NCBI GenBank assembly: GCA_023231475.1
Contig: JALJEE010003214.1
Coordinates: 1 to 64,000 of the forward strand
Source of the DNA: Seison nebaliae
Lineage: Eukaryota
DNA: 64,000 bases
Reading direction: 5' to 3'
The notes beneath the pieces are model-generated. The model was not told the origin of the DNA. It did no database searches and saw nothing but the letters and a program-made list of their open reading frames with translations. Positions 51,719 to 64,000 of the stretch are shown one piece after another. Numbering within the stretch: position 1 is the first letter of the stretch; the number at the start of each line of letters is the position of its first letter. The translations under genes were made by a program, and so were the position numbers.

Positions 51719-54715
51719 TCAGTTTTCACGTAAAGTCGAATGATTAGTAGTAGGAGAAAATTTGCACTCACCTTCAGTTGTTCGTATTTCTATTAAACGT
51801 TTCTGACATTGCCGCCACAGGAGAATCTCAATGTCACCCAATTCACCGTAGCGATCGCTTAACGATTGATTAAGTATTTGAACACTCAATTCATACAGCG
51901 ACTGATTATTTGATGTTTGATTACTGTCGTCGATGGTCGTGGTTGTTGTTGTTGTTGTTGTTGTGGTTTTCTTGTCAATATGAGTAGTGTTTGGGAGGAA
52001 AGATAATAAGTTGAATGAAGCTTTCATTAGGTCGTTGCTGTGTGTAGGAGAATGTTGATAAATGAACAAGAGGAGCTTCGACGAGAAATATTGGAGTAGT
52101 GACGAGTGAACATTCGGATAATTAGGTGTCTCATACGAGTGGATGAGCGAGAGAAAACCGTAGAAAGTATCTGAATAATCGGAAGGAAATAGAAAGATGG
52201 TCGAATACCAATCATCAATTATCGGATCGTTTGGTGTAATGTAATTATTGTTATTTCGATGGGAACGATTTGCTGAGTATTGATAATTCTCTTTAGTTAT
52301 TAACGGATATTGCACATTATTCGAAATGAGTCGTTGCTTCTTGTCGACGCGATTCTCGTCGTTCACTAATCTCGTTTTCGTTCTCTTTCGTTTCGTATAG
52401 CTGTTGTGCTTGTCGTCGATACAACTCCTCGTACGTCGTTGATCATGTAGATTGATGCTATTCTTGTGGTTTGTGGGTGAGCGAGCCCGACTCTCCCCGC
52501 CGTGATTCGCCAGATAGTTCGACGAGTACAAATAGGACGTGGAGAGATACTGTTCATAAATCGAACTTTTCGTCATCACGAACTGATATTGAGATTCGAG
52601 TGCCGTTGGTAGAAGTGGCAAATGGGAAAGTATGTCAACTGTCCCCACATTATACTCTATCAAACAATTAGTCAAGAGTAGTGATGGCAAATTAGTTATT
52701 TGATTGCAAGCGGTTCTCACCGTCTCCATGGTAACAGACGATATTTTATTTCGGTTCCACTTATCGAAAATGACATAATTGTCGTCTTGTGAAGATTTGA
52801 GAAGAATTTCGGTGGGACATCGTTCCCTCGCCAACAGATAATTCAACATGAGCAGTCTCTCCTCCATCGACAGTAGTTCGACAGTGTTCATTTCCATCAA
52901 CGTCTCATCCATGTCATGTCGACTCGATTGGAATTCCGTTATGTCTTCCTGAACGCATTGCCATTTATACTGATTAATAATTTTATCATTCTCATTCACT
53001 TCCACTTTCACCGATTTTCTTTTCGCATCTTCCTCGTCGTCGTTGTGATGGTGAGACAAGTGCCGATAATAAAGTGTCCGTCGTCGACTTTTAGTGATGA
53101 GGAGGAATTTCAATAAATAGAAACGAAGGAGATATGGGGAAAGAATGTTCAATCGTTTCAATTGTAACGATAAATCGATCCGTTGATTCGTTCCCTCATA
53201 CTTGATCGATTCATGACATTCATCCGATGATAATAATTCGTTCGTTAATTTGAAATGATCATTGATCTGCAAATGAGAGAGAATGATGGACATTTCAGGT
53301 GGCACGTTCTGCTGAATGGAGAGAACGGGACGATGTGTCATATAGTCCAATGACTTCTCAAAAGTGTTCCAGGAATTGGCCATGAACAATTCCTTTTGTA
53401 TTTCGATACAACGACAATTCTTCATTTCACTTATCAGATGATTTGCATCATTCATCGAATGTTTCATATTCATCTTCAAATACTCGTAATCATTTATACG
53501 TCGTTGCAATTGATAGAGACGTTGAATGTAATCGAACTCATCCGTTTTCCATGGCAACGACAAGACAAGTGCTTCCTTTAAATTCGTTTCCGTACTTGTA
53601 CAACTACTGTACGCCGAATCGCTTTCACTACCACCCTCCTCCTCTGTCAATTTGTTCTTTATCGTCGCAGTTCGCTGATGATTTGATAGTTGATGGTGAT
53701 GGTGATGGTTTCCAAAATGTTGTTCACAGAATGGATGATGAATCATAAAGAATTCGTTGAATTTCTGTCGTTCTCGATCATTCTTGGCGTTGATGATCTG
53801 CTCCTCTAAACTCGTCAACTCCTTCACGTAGTTGTCGACATAAGCGACAGGTGCCGGTCCGGCGAGAATCATCGGCTGGAAATGAAATCGGAAGATGTGC
53901 GGATGTAAAATGGAGAGTAGTGTCAATTCGACATGTGGTGGAGAACGGACTAAATTCTCGGCGAATTCTTTCGTAAACAATCGACTCATTAATCGACTTA
54001 ATCTTTCATTGGAGTGGGTCGTGTCCAATATCATATCACTCAAATTCACGTACTGTTCGAGAGTGGTATAGAAGATGTCTTTCGTAATTAAACGCGACCA
54101 GCAAAAGAAAGAGAAATGATACTGATATGTTGATGACATGGGAATTTGATGATGTTCCCGATCCAAACGGATGTTTGATGGTAGTAATAACCAAATCACA
54201 TTCTCTACATTGAACCATTTCTTAATGGACGACGATAATTGAGATGTTGCGGATGAATAATCGACCAAACTCAAGATCATCGATGAAAATGATTGAGCTG
54301 AATAATAATTGGTGTAAAGAGACAAGAGATTCGTTCGTCGAATCGATGAGAACGATCTGTTTTTCTGATTGGAAATATTCTCGTAACTCAGATAAAAGCG
54401 AATGGCTCTCATATATTGAAAGAGTAATTTATAATTATCTTCTTTCGATATGGCAGGAAAGACGATGGTACAACGAAATTCCATTTTCGGAGTTTGTTGA
54501 ACATTGAACAATTGCTGATAATAGACATTTGATGAATATGAGATATGATTCTTCTCCTCATCGATAATCGGAATGGAGAATGGTGGAAGATCGAGAAAAT
54601 AATCAAACTTTAACATTTCACTTTGTCGTATGACATTTCCTTTATACTCCCAACAATTCTCATTAAAACTCTCAATTTTATTGTCATCGTTGTTGTTATT
54701 GTTGTTGTTGTTATT

Positions 54716-54754
<39 letters not shown>

Positions 54755-56101
54755 GAGTGAGCATGTGAGAACAGAGAATAAATCAGAATAATTTAATTCC
54801 GCTTCCAAAAAATGATTATGGTTTTGATCTTCGATTAATCGTTTATTATTTTTATCATCCTCCAAATCATAACTATTTATCACATCGATCTCTTTCGTCG
54901 AACGATTATTGAATTGATAGAGAATATTATTCAATTGTTCGTTGTTCGAACGGAAACAAGGAAAATGATTAAATGACTCACTATTATCAAAAGATCGATA
55001 TGGTTGGAGATGAATGAAGAATTTCATATTCCAACTGATATTTCGATGGATGTTCGGTTTGAACGGATCCTTACAATACAGTTTCCGATTGGGTTGATTC
55101 CCAAGAATAATTGTCTGATTCCTTAGGAAGAAATATTTCTTCTCCTTCTCACCTTTCCACCGGTAATTGATGAGAACCATATCACTTATACTCGTGTCGG
55201 TTGAATTCGTCAGTTCCTCATTCGTCTCGTCGCTCGATGTCGTCACTGACGAATGACGACTACGATTATCGATGGAACGTTCGCGACGAATGAGATTGTT
55301 GGAGGAACTGGTTCTCATCGAACTTCCTGCCGTCGGTTGAGCATTCGAATACCAACTATTGTTCTTTCGATGTGCCAAAATTTGATAGTTGTGAGCAGCA
55401 TGTAATTTGTCCATCATTCGTCGCACCATTTGAAATGACACATCATCATTCGTATCAGAAGAATTATCGGAGGTCGTCGATCGATTTTGGAATAATCTCG
55501 AACTGTTCGATCGATGGAATTGAGTGTTGGTGGATGAGGAGGAAGAAGATGATTTCTGTGACGATTGGTAATTCGTAGCTGATGAATTGACATATTTCCA
55601 ATAATTGATCAGGATGGAATTGATGAAGGATTTATCAAAGAATTCACTCATTTCACAATGAAGTCGAACATCTAACAAGTTCGATTGATTTGAATCGTTA
55701 CTAATAGTCAACTCCTCCACCGTGTCGCTGTGGAGGAGTTCCCTCAATAAACATTCTTTAAATCGATCGATCTCTATCAGAAAATCTTTCAATTCCATTT
55801 CCACTCCGATCTTGATGTGAAAGAAAGAATCATCTTCCTTCCGTCTACTTTCAGTGTCTCGTGACATCACTATCGTTTCCGGTGTCGTCGAGACGAAATT
55901 GTATTGACAATTCTTATTAATCACATGAATCGACTTGTTAGTCATCTGGAGCAGTTTCAAGAGATTCTGCTGGATCGTGTCGAATATACTAATTCGGAGG
56001 AGATCGTCATCTTTCTCCTTCACGTCCGTTGCCATCTGTTCATAATTCGAAAATTTCTCTTCGAATCTCAACAAACTATTCTCCAGACGATGCACATTCA
56101 T
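51719..56101 (-). CDS. Uncharacterised 1460-aa single-exon protein with poly-Asn/Ser/Thr tracts
   Basis: 4.4-kb ATG-initiated ORF with host-like composition; no family recognised. Confidence 0.8.
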
Positions 56102-56328
56102 CTCGTCTATCTCTACCAGATATTCGATGGCGGAAATCTAATCAACTAATTAAAGTTTCACAGTTCAAATAGAATAAATAAAACCATTTCATCCGTTTCC
56201 TGATGAAGAATGAACGAACATTTCTCTCCCAAAATATCGTTGGTGAAATTAATGCAAATCTAATTGAGAAAAAAGAAACAAATCATTATCAAGGGAAATA
56301 ACATTCTGAAATACTCATTAAAACTCCT

Positions 56329-56456
56329 TTAAAAACTCATTTTCTTAAAATTCTTCTTCAAATTTATTTCTTCAATTTCTTCTTCAAATTTATTTCTTCA
56401 ATTTCTTCTAAAAACTCATTTTCTTAAGATTCTTCTAAAAACTCATTTTCTTAAAA
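56329..56456. repeat. Local tandem duplications (AAAAACTCATTTTCTTAA x3; TTCTTCTTCAAATTTATTTCTTCAAT x2)
   Basis: Directly visible repeats in the intergenic spacer. Confidence 0.8.
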
Positions 56457-56497
56457 TCTTTCAGTTTATTTGCTTGGTTTCCTCTAATACTCTTTAC

Positions 56498-57454
56498 TCA
56501 ATTATGTAACATAAGATAGATTTCGTATGAAAAGAAACTAGATCCTAAAATAACCAATATAAATTGTGAGATATCCAAATTGTTTTTTAAGTGGCATAGA
56601 CGGGTTACATCATTCTTACTTGTTACATAGCTAATCGATTTAAATTCATTTTGAGTCTTCTTCTCATTCTTCTCATGCTTTCGGCCATTGATCGACTCAC
56701 CAACTGAGAAGTTTTCTCTCGATTCTCCATTATCATATCCATCGGTTCGTTTAACATCGTCTTCTATCTGCCCCATAATTGTTTCCTTCTTCTCATTAGA
56801 CATGCGTTCATTTCTCTGGTTTGTCTTATCATTATTTTTGAATTTAGTCACGATATATCTCTTCTTATTATGACGACGACTATTACTACTACTGTTATTC
56901 GAGAGAGATGAACGCGATGGTGATGATGATGTTGCTGTTCTCCTAAATATGGATTTCATTGATTGTCTTGATGATGATGATGACGATGATGATGTTGTTG
57001 TCGTCGTCGTCGTCGTCGAATTCTTCTTTATTGTTCTCAACATGGTTTTCCGCCCGTTCGTCCGTTTGAGAGGAGTTGTGGCAGTAATTGTAGTCGTCGT
57101 ATTTTTATTGAGTAAATCCGTCTTCCGTTTCGACGGTTTGAATGATGATTTCTTATTATTGGGAGTAGGAGGAGAAGGAATCGAATTGCCATTCCTGCCG
57201 TTTCCCAACCAGTTCTTGACGTTCTCCTTCGTCGTCGATTGATAAGTAGATATTCGTTGTTGATTCTTAGAAATAACATTTCGCGTCGTCTTCACATCGA
57301 TCGATGGGTGACGATTAATATCGAATGTAAATAATTGTTTACGACATTGCCGTTGTTTTCCATCCTTCACATCTTCCACATCCGGCGACATTCGTTTAAT
57401 GCGCGACGAGATAGTCGCTTGGAGGTAGTTGGGCGGCAGTTTGAATTGTTTCAT
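56498..57454 (-). CDS. Basic low-complexity protein with C-terminal hydrophobic anchor
   Basis: ATG at 57454 (MKQFKLPPNYLQATISSRIK), Ser/Thr/Lys-rich body, terminal ISQFILVILGSSFFSYEIYL hydrophobic segment. Confidence 0.55.
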   Translation of the reverse strand: MKQFKLPPNYLQATISSRIKRMSPDVEDVKDGKQRQCRKQLFTFDINRHPSIDVKTTRNVISKNQQRISTYQSTTKENVKNWLGNGRNGNSIPSPPTPNNKKSSFKPSKRKTDLLNKNTTTTITATTPLKRTNGRKTMLRTIKKNSTTTTTTTTSSSSSSSSRQSMKSIFRRTATSSSPSRSSLSNNSSSNSRRHNKKRYIVTKFKNNDKTNQRNERMSNEKKETIMGQIEDDVKRTDGYDNGESRENFSVGESINGRKHEKNEKKTQNEFKSISYVTSKNDVTRLCHLKNNLDISQFILVILGSSFFSYEIYLMLHN

Positions 57455-59161
57455 ATCTGTCTCTACTCTCACTTACTTACTCAAACATTGTTGTGAGTTG
57501 TGGGAATAATAATGGAAATAATATGGACAAGAACAGATGATGGAACATCTGTGACAAACTGCTAACATGGTTAGCGCATATTCTCCAACACTTCCCCTTC
57601 AAGAAAGAAGCAAATTGAATGAATTGAGGCGCTGATCGAACGAGGAAGATGAGGAATATGAAAATTTTGTTCAATTTCATCAATTCTCTATTTGCTGCTT
57701 CGTTTGTTGTTGGAAGAAATAAGAGAGAATCATTTGATTTCTAACGGATGACGAAGTTTTTTTATAACGGAAAATTTGGAAAATTTTAATATTCTCCCAA
57801 AAAATAAGTAGGAAGAAATTTCTCTTACACACTCCCAAGGACAGAATGAAGAAAATTTCTCTCACATTGAGAGAATTCGATTATTTGGGGAAGGAAAATG
57901 TTGAATTCGCGATAAAAATAATTATTTTCAGTCTCGTCATTCCAGTTCATTATTTGAGAATCCAATGAGAGAAGTTTATTAAGTTTCAAATACTGAGAAT
58001 TGACATATACTTTCAGGAGACAGAATATGATGGAACCAGCGATGGTTGCAGAATGGTGTATTTATTTGTGGAGGGTAAGACGAAGAGAATTGAGAGTCTG
58101 ACTCATCAACAACTTTTTCCAAGTTGATGAGTCATTACGATTCCTCTTCTACCTACCCAACTGTTCGAGGATACTTCCACGAACTTGTACAACGTCTATT
58201 TACTTCAATTATCGTTAAAGAGTAATTTCTCATACATTCTATTCATTCTTTTCCACAACCATCAATAATATCGTCAGATCACATCGATATATAACGTGAG
58301 GGAAGGAAATGGAAAGATCGAGTAATTGGAGCGATGATGATCAGAACTCGAAATGAAGGTAATTCGATAAATACTTACAAATCATGTTATCCGATATATC
58401 AATGAAGATTAAGGAGTTTCATCTCCCCAATTTCAGATTAACTTCCATTTTACTCAAATACAGCTTCTCCCTCCAAATTTTCCGTTTGGCTTCGAAACAT
58501 TTCTCTCAATAAATTCCTCGGAACGTCTCAAATGTACATTATTGTCATCGAACGAGTCATTATATAAATCCGTCAAAATGGTGAATGATGACAAAGTGGA
58601 GAAATGGCAATCGAATAATCAATCAGGTATTGACCATTGTCGATTGGAGGAAAGTTGGTCTTGGCGGAAGATATGAAAGTTTCGTAACGATACAGTCGAT
58701 TAATGGACAATTATGAGAATTGGAAGAATATTGAGTAAAATTCGAAAAATGGTTATCAATTTGGAGATATTGTCATCATTATCATCGTCACAGAGCAACA
58801 ACAACGACAACAACAAGAACAATAAATATTCTTCATCAATTTATTATTGTTAATGTTGTTTTGTGCGTTGACTAATTTCATTAGAAAACTCTCATCGACC
58901 TATTAATGTCGTTGCAATGATGCAAATAATCGTTTGATCGACAATTCACTTATCTGTCTCTTAGGAGAAATTTTAAATTTTCTAATTTTATTATTTCGTT
59001 TCGTTTCCCCCCTTCTCGTTTGCTTATTCAAGCAACAACAATAACTTCAACACGACTTTTTCTTTCTTTTTTATTCATCTTCACTATCATAACACATTTC
59101 CAATATTTTTTTTTCTCACAAAATACTTACAGAATGAGTAAGGTAAAGAAGGTGAAATAAC

Positions 59162-59584
59162 CTTGAAATATTCTTGAATGAATCGAATCGGATGAATTGG
59201 TTCTCTTGATCTTCTTCCAATTCGCATCGTCCACATCTGCTCGATCGATGACTTCTCCTCAATCATTTCCTTCTCTGTCGATCCATTCAATTGTTGTCGT
59301 TCAAACGATTGCTCATTTAAACTTTCACTTGTCTCATTCTTATTAATCTTATTCATCCCATTACTCTCGTTGTTGTTATTGTTGCTGAGTTTCTTCTTAT
59401 ATGATTGTTTCGTCGTGGAGATCTCGTTTTCAGGAATTGTATCGAAATTCCTTTTGGATTTGACGAGATGATTCGCAGAAGGGTTGTGAGAGGAATTGGA
59501 TAAATTAGACGGTACTCCGAATATTTTGGGGAAAGATGCATTCTTCTTGAAGAAATGCATTTTTTCTCTTCCACTCAATATTTC
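59162..59584 (-). CDS. Probable internal coding exon of an unidentified gene
   Basis: Open frame with Asn-rich host-like composition, bounded by a TATAAG acceptor (59585) and an AAG|GTTATT donor (59161); partner exons not resolved. Confidence 0.35.
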
Positions 59585-62290
59585 CTTATAGCAGTTCCAT
59601 GAGTTGTATAAGAAGCAATAATTTGACGATCGGAGACATTTGAGTAGAATTCGATAACAATATGGACATGTTATCCCGTCGAATTTTGATAGACTATTAT
59701 CGAGTTCTACTTTATCACCTATTCACCATATACGAGAGATATTTTGGGTGAGGAGGAAAGAAAGAAGAAGAAGAAATAGTGAGATGAATTACCAGTTAAG
59801 TTGGTGAGAGGAAAACCGCAGGAATATTACAATCACATCGACAATTCATAACCTCAATAGTTGTCGAATAAAATTTTATTGATATAAATTAAAAGTAATA
59901 TTGTGTGTATATCGGCAGCGTATGTGGAGATTTCATACAGGCGTACAAACTGTTAAATAATGAGACGGACTGGTAGTCAGTCAGCGGAGAGGAGACTGGG
60001 ACTTAATGAACAAATAATAAAGGAAATATACACATCAATTCCTACCAGGAACAATGGAGATGTTAAAAGAAAAATTAATAAAGATAAATCGAGAAAAAGA
60101 AATTATAGTTCCTTTCCGTCTCTCATCCGACATACACGGACGAGAGGCCAAACAGAGAGAGATCAACCAAAATATCTTAATGACAAATTTTCTTTTCTTT
60201 ACCATCATAAAAATAAAAATTCAATAAATTCTTTTTGATAAAGAAGAAACAGAGATTACTTCAATTAGAGCTCAAATCAAATAGAGAAATACCGTCAATT
60301 CGAAAAAAGAAACGAAGAAAAAATATCGGAAAGAAAGTACACTAACTTCTTCTATCTCTTCTAAATTTAACATTCGTTTTCTATTTCCACAAGAAATGCC
60401 TTTACTTCACATTCACATATGGCAACAGTGTAATTCACCTACCGTCCAAATGAACTTGATGGTGGGAAGTGCGTTGTGGAGGAAATTGGAAATGTCGTCC
60501 AACTATGCAAAATGGATGATAGACAGTTTTCTGTTACGATGACTCATTTCCTAAACGATCAACGTGTTTCGTCCTCTTTTTTTTGTTTCGGGGAAGAGTT
60601 TTTCGATTGAAGAGAAATTCCCATCATATGAAACGGAGAAGATGGTATTGGCAAAATGTGGAGAATATGTAAATGAACAACCTAAATAGGTTGGTTGTGA
60701 TGAACTATGAAATTTGGTTGAATATGAATTACTAATAATTACATAACATGATGAAAGTTTCTTATCTAAAACCGATGAATAAGATAGGAGAGATAGTAAA
60801 TTGGATGAATCTCGATATAATGGTGACATTCGAAGATGTGTGGTGAGCCATAATGTATCCTCCCTCTCGTCCACATATATATCGACATGCCTTTCAGAGA
60901 ATCATTGAAACGGATAAATACTTTTTCCTCCCGAAATACTTCAACTTCTCACAAAGTCGAATCTCAGTGTATTGAACTTGACAGAATTATATTTATTCAA
61001 AAAATCTTTTATTGGAATCCGAAAAAACTCTCTAACATTACTCAAGTTACATCAGTACTTGTTTCGTTCGATAGTCGTGTATCGCCACTCCAACATCGTG
61101 AAGAATGCAGAGAAACACTACGAGTCAAATTGGAAGTTACACGTACTGGAGGGGGAGAAGAGTTTTTTATATGAAACTTCCGATCGGTAGTAGAAAAAGT
61201 AAATAACTTAAGAATTAAGTTTATATGTTGGGATGAATGTGATTTGAAAAATTGGTAGGATATTGATTCGTTATAAGATGAGAAACCTATCCTGTAAACA
61301 ATTCAATGAGAAAATGAGTAATTGATCATGAATCGATTGTTCCGTTCGAACTACATCGTCTGATTATGTAAGAAAGCGGAGAAAGTCGACTATTTTCTAA
61401 TGTCTGTTCCACATACATATTCCCTTCCATATACTTTATCATGTTCATTCGCTATTTACTAATCATATTATTCGTGGCCAATCGTTACGTAAGATGTGGA
61501 CGGGAAGGAAATGTGTTCTGTTCTCTTCATATCGCTAACTATATCAACTGGAATTTACAATCTCTCATAATCCTCACACAAACTAATAAAGCGTTTGTGG
61601 CAATCTCCGAAAGACTATTATTGAACATTGATCCCACTTCATTGTTTAGACATTTACCTCTGAAATGAAGAAGTTTAATAAACATTCCCCGAATGACAGA
61701 AAACAACCAAATCTTTATTAGACTACTCAGACACAACTATTTCTTCCTTTCTCCACTTTTTTCTAGTAAGCGTCCGAAAACTGGACGTAAAAAAATATTT
61801 ATTACAACCTTGATCCATTCCTACTTTCATTTGTACACATGAAGCTCATTCTGCATTGCTCTACGTACGTACAATAACATTTATGAATCGTTTCTTATGC
61901 ACAAGGTCTCTACCATGATACTTATGTGTAGTTCCCTTGTTTGGTCATTCTCTTCCGTGAAATAACCAGGCAAATTAGATGATGATTGGATCAGCATTCG
62001 ACATTATTCGCCCAATGATGATTAATTGTGAATGAAAAATATTTTAATTAATTTCGAAGTAATTAAAATTGGAGATTTAAATATAATTCATATTTACAAT
62101 TAATTAATTATTGAATTATTTACAAATTCAGTTACGCATGACTCTCTTTGGGTAAGCGATTTTTCTTTAGCTTTCGTACAAATTTTTCAATTTTCGTCGA
62201 ACGAAGACTGAACGATATGTTTTGATATCGGGATAGGAAAACAAGGGCACTTATGGTGAAATGGTTATGTGTGGAATCTGATTAACTAAC

Positions 62291-62741
62291 TTCTCTTATG
62301 ATGTGAATGAAATCGAAGAAATCGATGGATCTGTTTCGTTATTCTCCTCTTCGATTGTTTCCGTTCGAATGATTTGGTTGTTCGTTTATTTTTCCTCTTA
62401 CACTTTCCATTTCGTTCCAATTGATGTGATGGTGGAAAGTGTTGGGAACACGAACTCTTCCTGTTCATCTTACGAAGATTGAGTTGAATGTTGGGAATTC
62501 CTTTCGCCATCCTCTCCCAATGGCCTCCATTGTGTTGTTGGTGATTGTTCAAGGAATGATTAGAAGATCTCTTAAAGATAATCTTCTTCCGACCCAACAA
62601 CTTTTCTAAGGATAAGAATTTTGATACCATTACATCGACGGCTGTTGATGATGGACGTTTCTTTGATTTATTCGTTTCCGATATCTTCCTCAGTTTGATG
62701 CGTGGCAAGTGTGGCAATTGATTAGAATGGAACTCAGACAT
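62291..62741 (-). CDS. Probable first coding exon of an unidentified basic protein
   Basis: ATG-initiated 151-codon Lys/Arg-rich ORF ending at a possible GTTAGT donor. Confidence 0.35.
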
Positions 62742-64000
62742 TTTTTCGATGATTATGATGGGATATGGAGGAAAGAGTTATATGTCGAATTGGTGAACGA
62801 AAGGAAATTCACGAAATCTCATAAGGGCGACGATACGATTTAATGGGAATTCCCGTTGAGAAAAAAGCAGGTTAATTTAGCGATGTTCAATTGGTGATGG
62901 TAATCTTTTCCAACTACTGATATTTCGACGGATTTATGAGTAATGATATAATTCGACGTAATTATAAAGAATTTGTGAAAATAATTCGTTTCTTCTTCTT
63001 CGGTTCGATCAGCTGCTTTCCTTTCGTGAGAAGTGTCAAGCGGACAATTTTCTTCTCTTCCACATAACTTCCTTCCAGGAATGTTGTTACAAATTATTTT
63101 CGAGAATCGACGACGGGATGAAGAAGACGAATGGATTGTTTTATTTACTCATTTGGCAAATTGAGGTGAATTAATAGTTTCTCTTTCTTCATTTTCATTA
63201 AAAGGAAATTATTCATCCTCATTTCCTTTCAACACTTTAACGTTTCTTCTCCTACCTACAACTACTCCAATCGTTCGAGTAGTTGAGAATGTGAGAGAGA
63301 TTGGGAAGGAGTATAGTTGTGGATTGATTGAGGGAGAATGTGTTGGGAACCGACAGACTTTTCTTTATCGATTTAATTAACTTAATTGACAATTAACAAG
63401 GAAGATGGACAACCGATTTCTTATCTAACTGCCTAATCGACAATCAAGATTAACATCAATCTCTACCAATTCACAGAAGATTCTTATCGGAAAAATGAAA
63501 TTAAATTGACGACAATTTTTCACCATTAATCACATTCACATCTCACAGTTCTGGTAGTATGGTGGGGAGGGAGTGAATAAGAACGATTTGTATATTTCAC
63601 CTTCATCGACTCTCTTTAACGATTGTGACAATTATTGTACATCATTTTATGAGCATTGTCACTCTCAACGTTTCTTTATGAGAGACCTTAATCTTTCGTC
63701 GTCGATATATGTACGATACATAACATTTGGATGTGGTGGATTGGATGAAGGAAAAGAACTTTCACTTCTCCCAATCCATTTCTCTCTCTCGTGGAAACTA
63801 AACAAAAGAGAAAGTTAAATTTCCTTTTTATGTCTAATCTTCATCATCGGGTAAAGTGAAATGGGAATACGGAGAATTTTCGTTATTCCTTCACCTTCCT
63901 CAATGGGAAAGTTCTAACGTTTACGTTCCCATAACAACACAGATCACCTGAGTATCTTATCGTTAGTTATCGGAGTTAGTATAGTTTGCAACAATTGTAA

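Noticed and set aside
47629..60546. Scattered TGACTCA (AP-1-like) motifs at 47629, 47706, 50021, 50076, 60540
   Set aside because: A handful of 7-mers in AT-rich DNA over this length is near chance expectation.
1..64000. CRISPR arrays, prokaryotic operons or rRNA
   Set aside because: None seen; the sequence is eukaryotic with spliceosomal introns.

Overview
AT-rich, CpG-rich (many TCGA/CGAT) eukaryotic genomic DNA from a compact animal genome with short introns. A spiralian, possibly a rotifer-like lineage, is my inference and is unverified. Recognisable genes: a GT92-like glycosyltransferase, EED/esc, an arylsulfatase B-like gene, TMEM184C, an RNF219/OBI1-like RING ligase, L2HGDH, a PTB-like protein and a giant sacsin-like gene (DnaJ+HEPN). 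There are also several orphan ORFs, tRNA-Glu(CTC) and tRNA-Arg(TCG). The first ~11.5 kb holds decayed non-LTR retroelement fragments, a small tRNA-headed SINE-like family and a solo LTR with a TATA target-site duplication. Two observations stand out. (1) Every intron I could reconstruct (12, one ambiguous) starts GTT followed by T-rich sequence rather than canonical GT(A/G)AG. (2) At 4991-5187 (minus strand) lies a U1/U11-architecture snRNA candidate whose 5' end is AAAAAAAAC instead of AUACUUACC, which is complementary to GUUUUUUUU-type donors. Together these suggest a re-programmed 5' splice-site recognition system; this is a hypothesis needing covariance-model and RNA checks.
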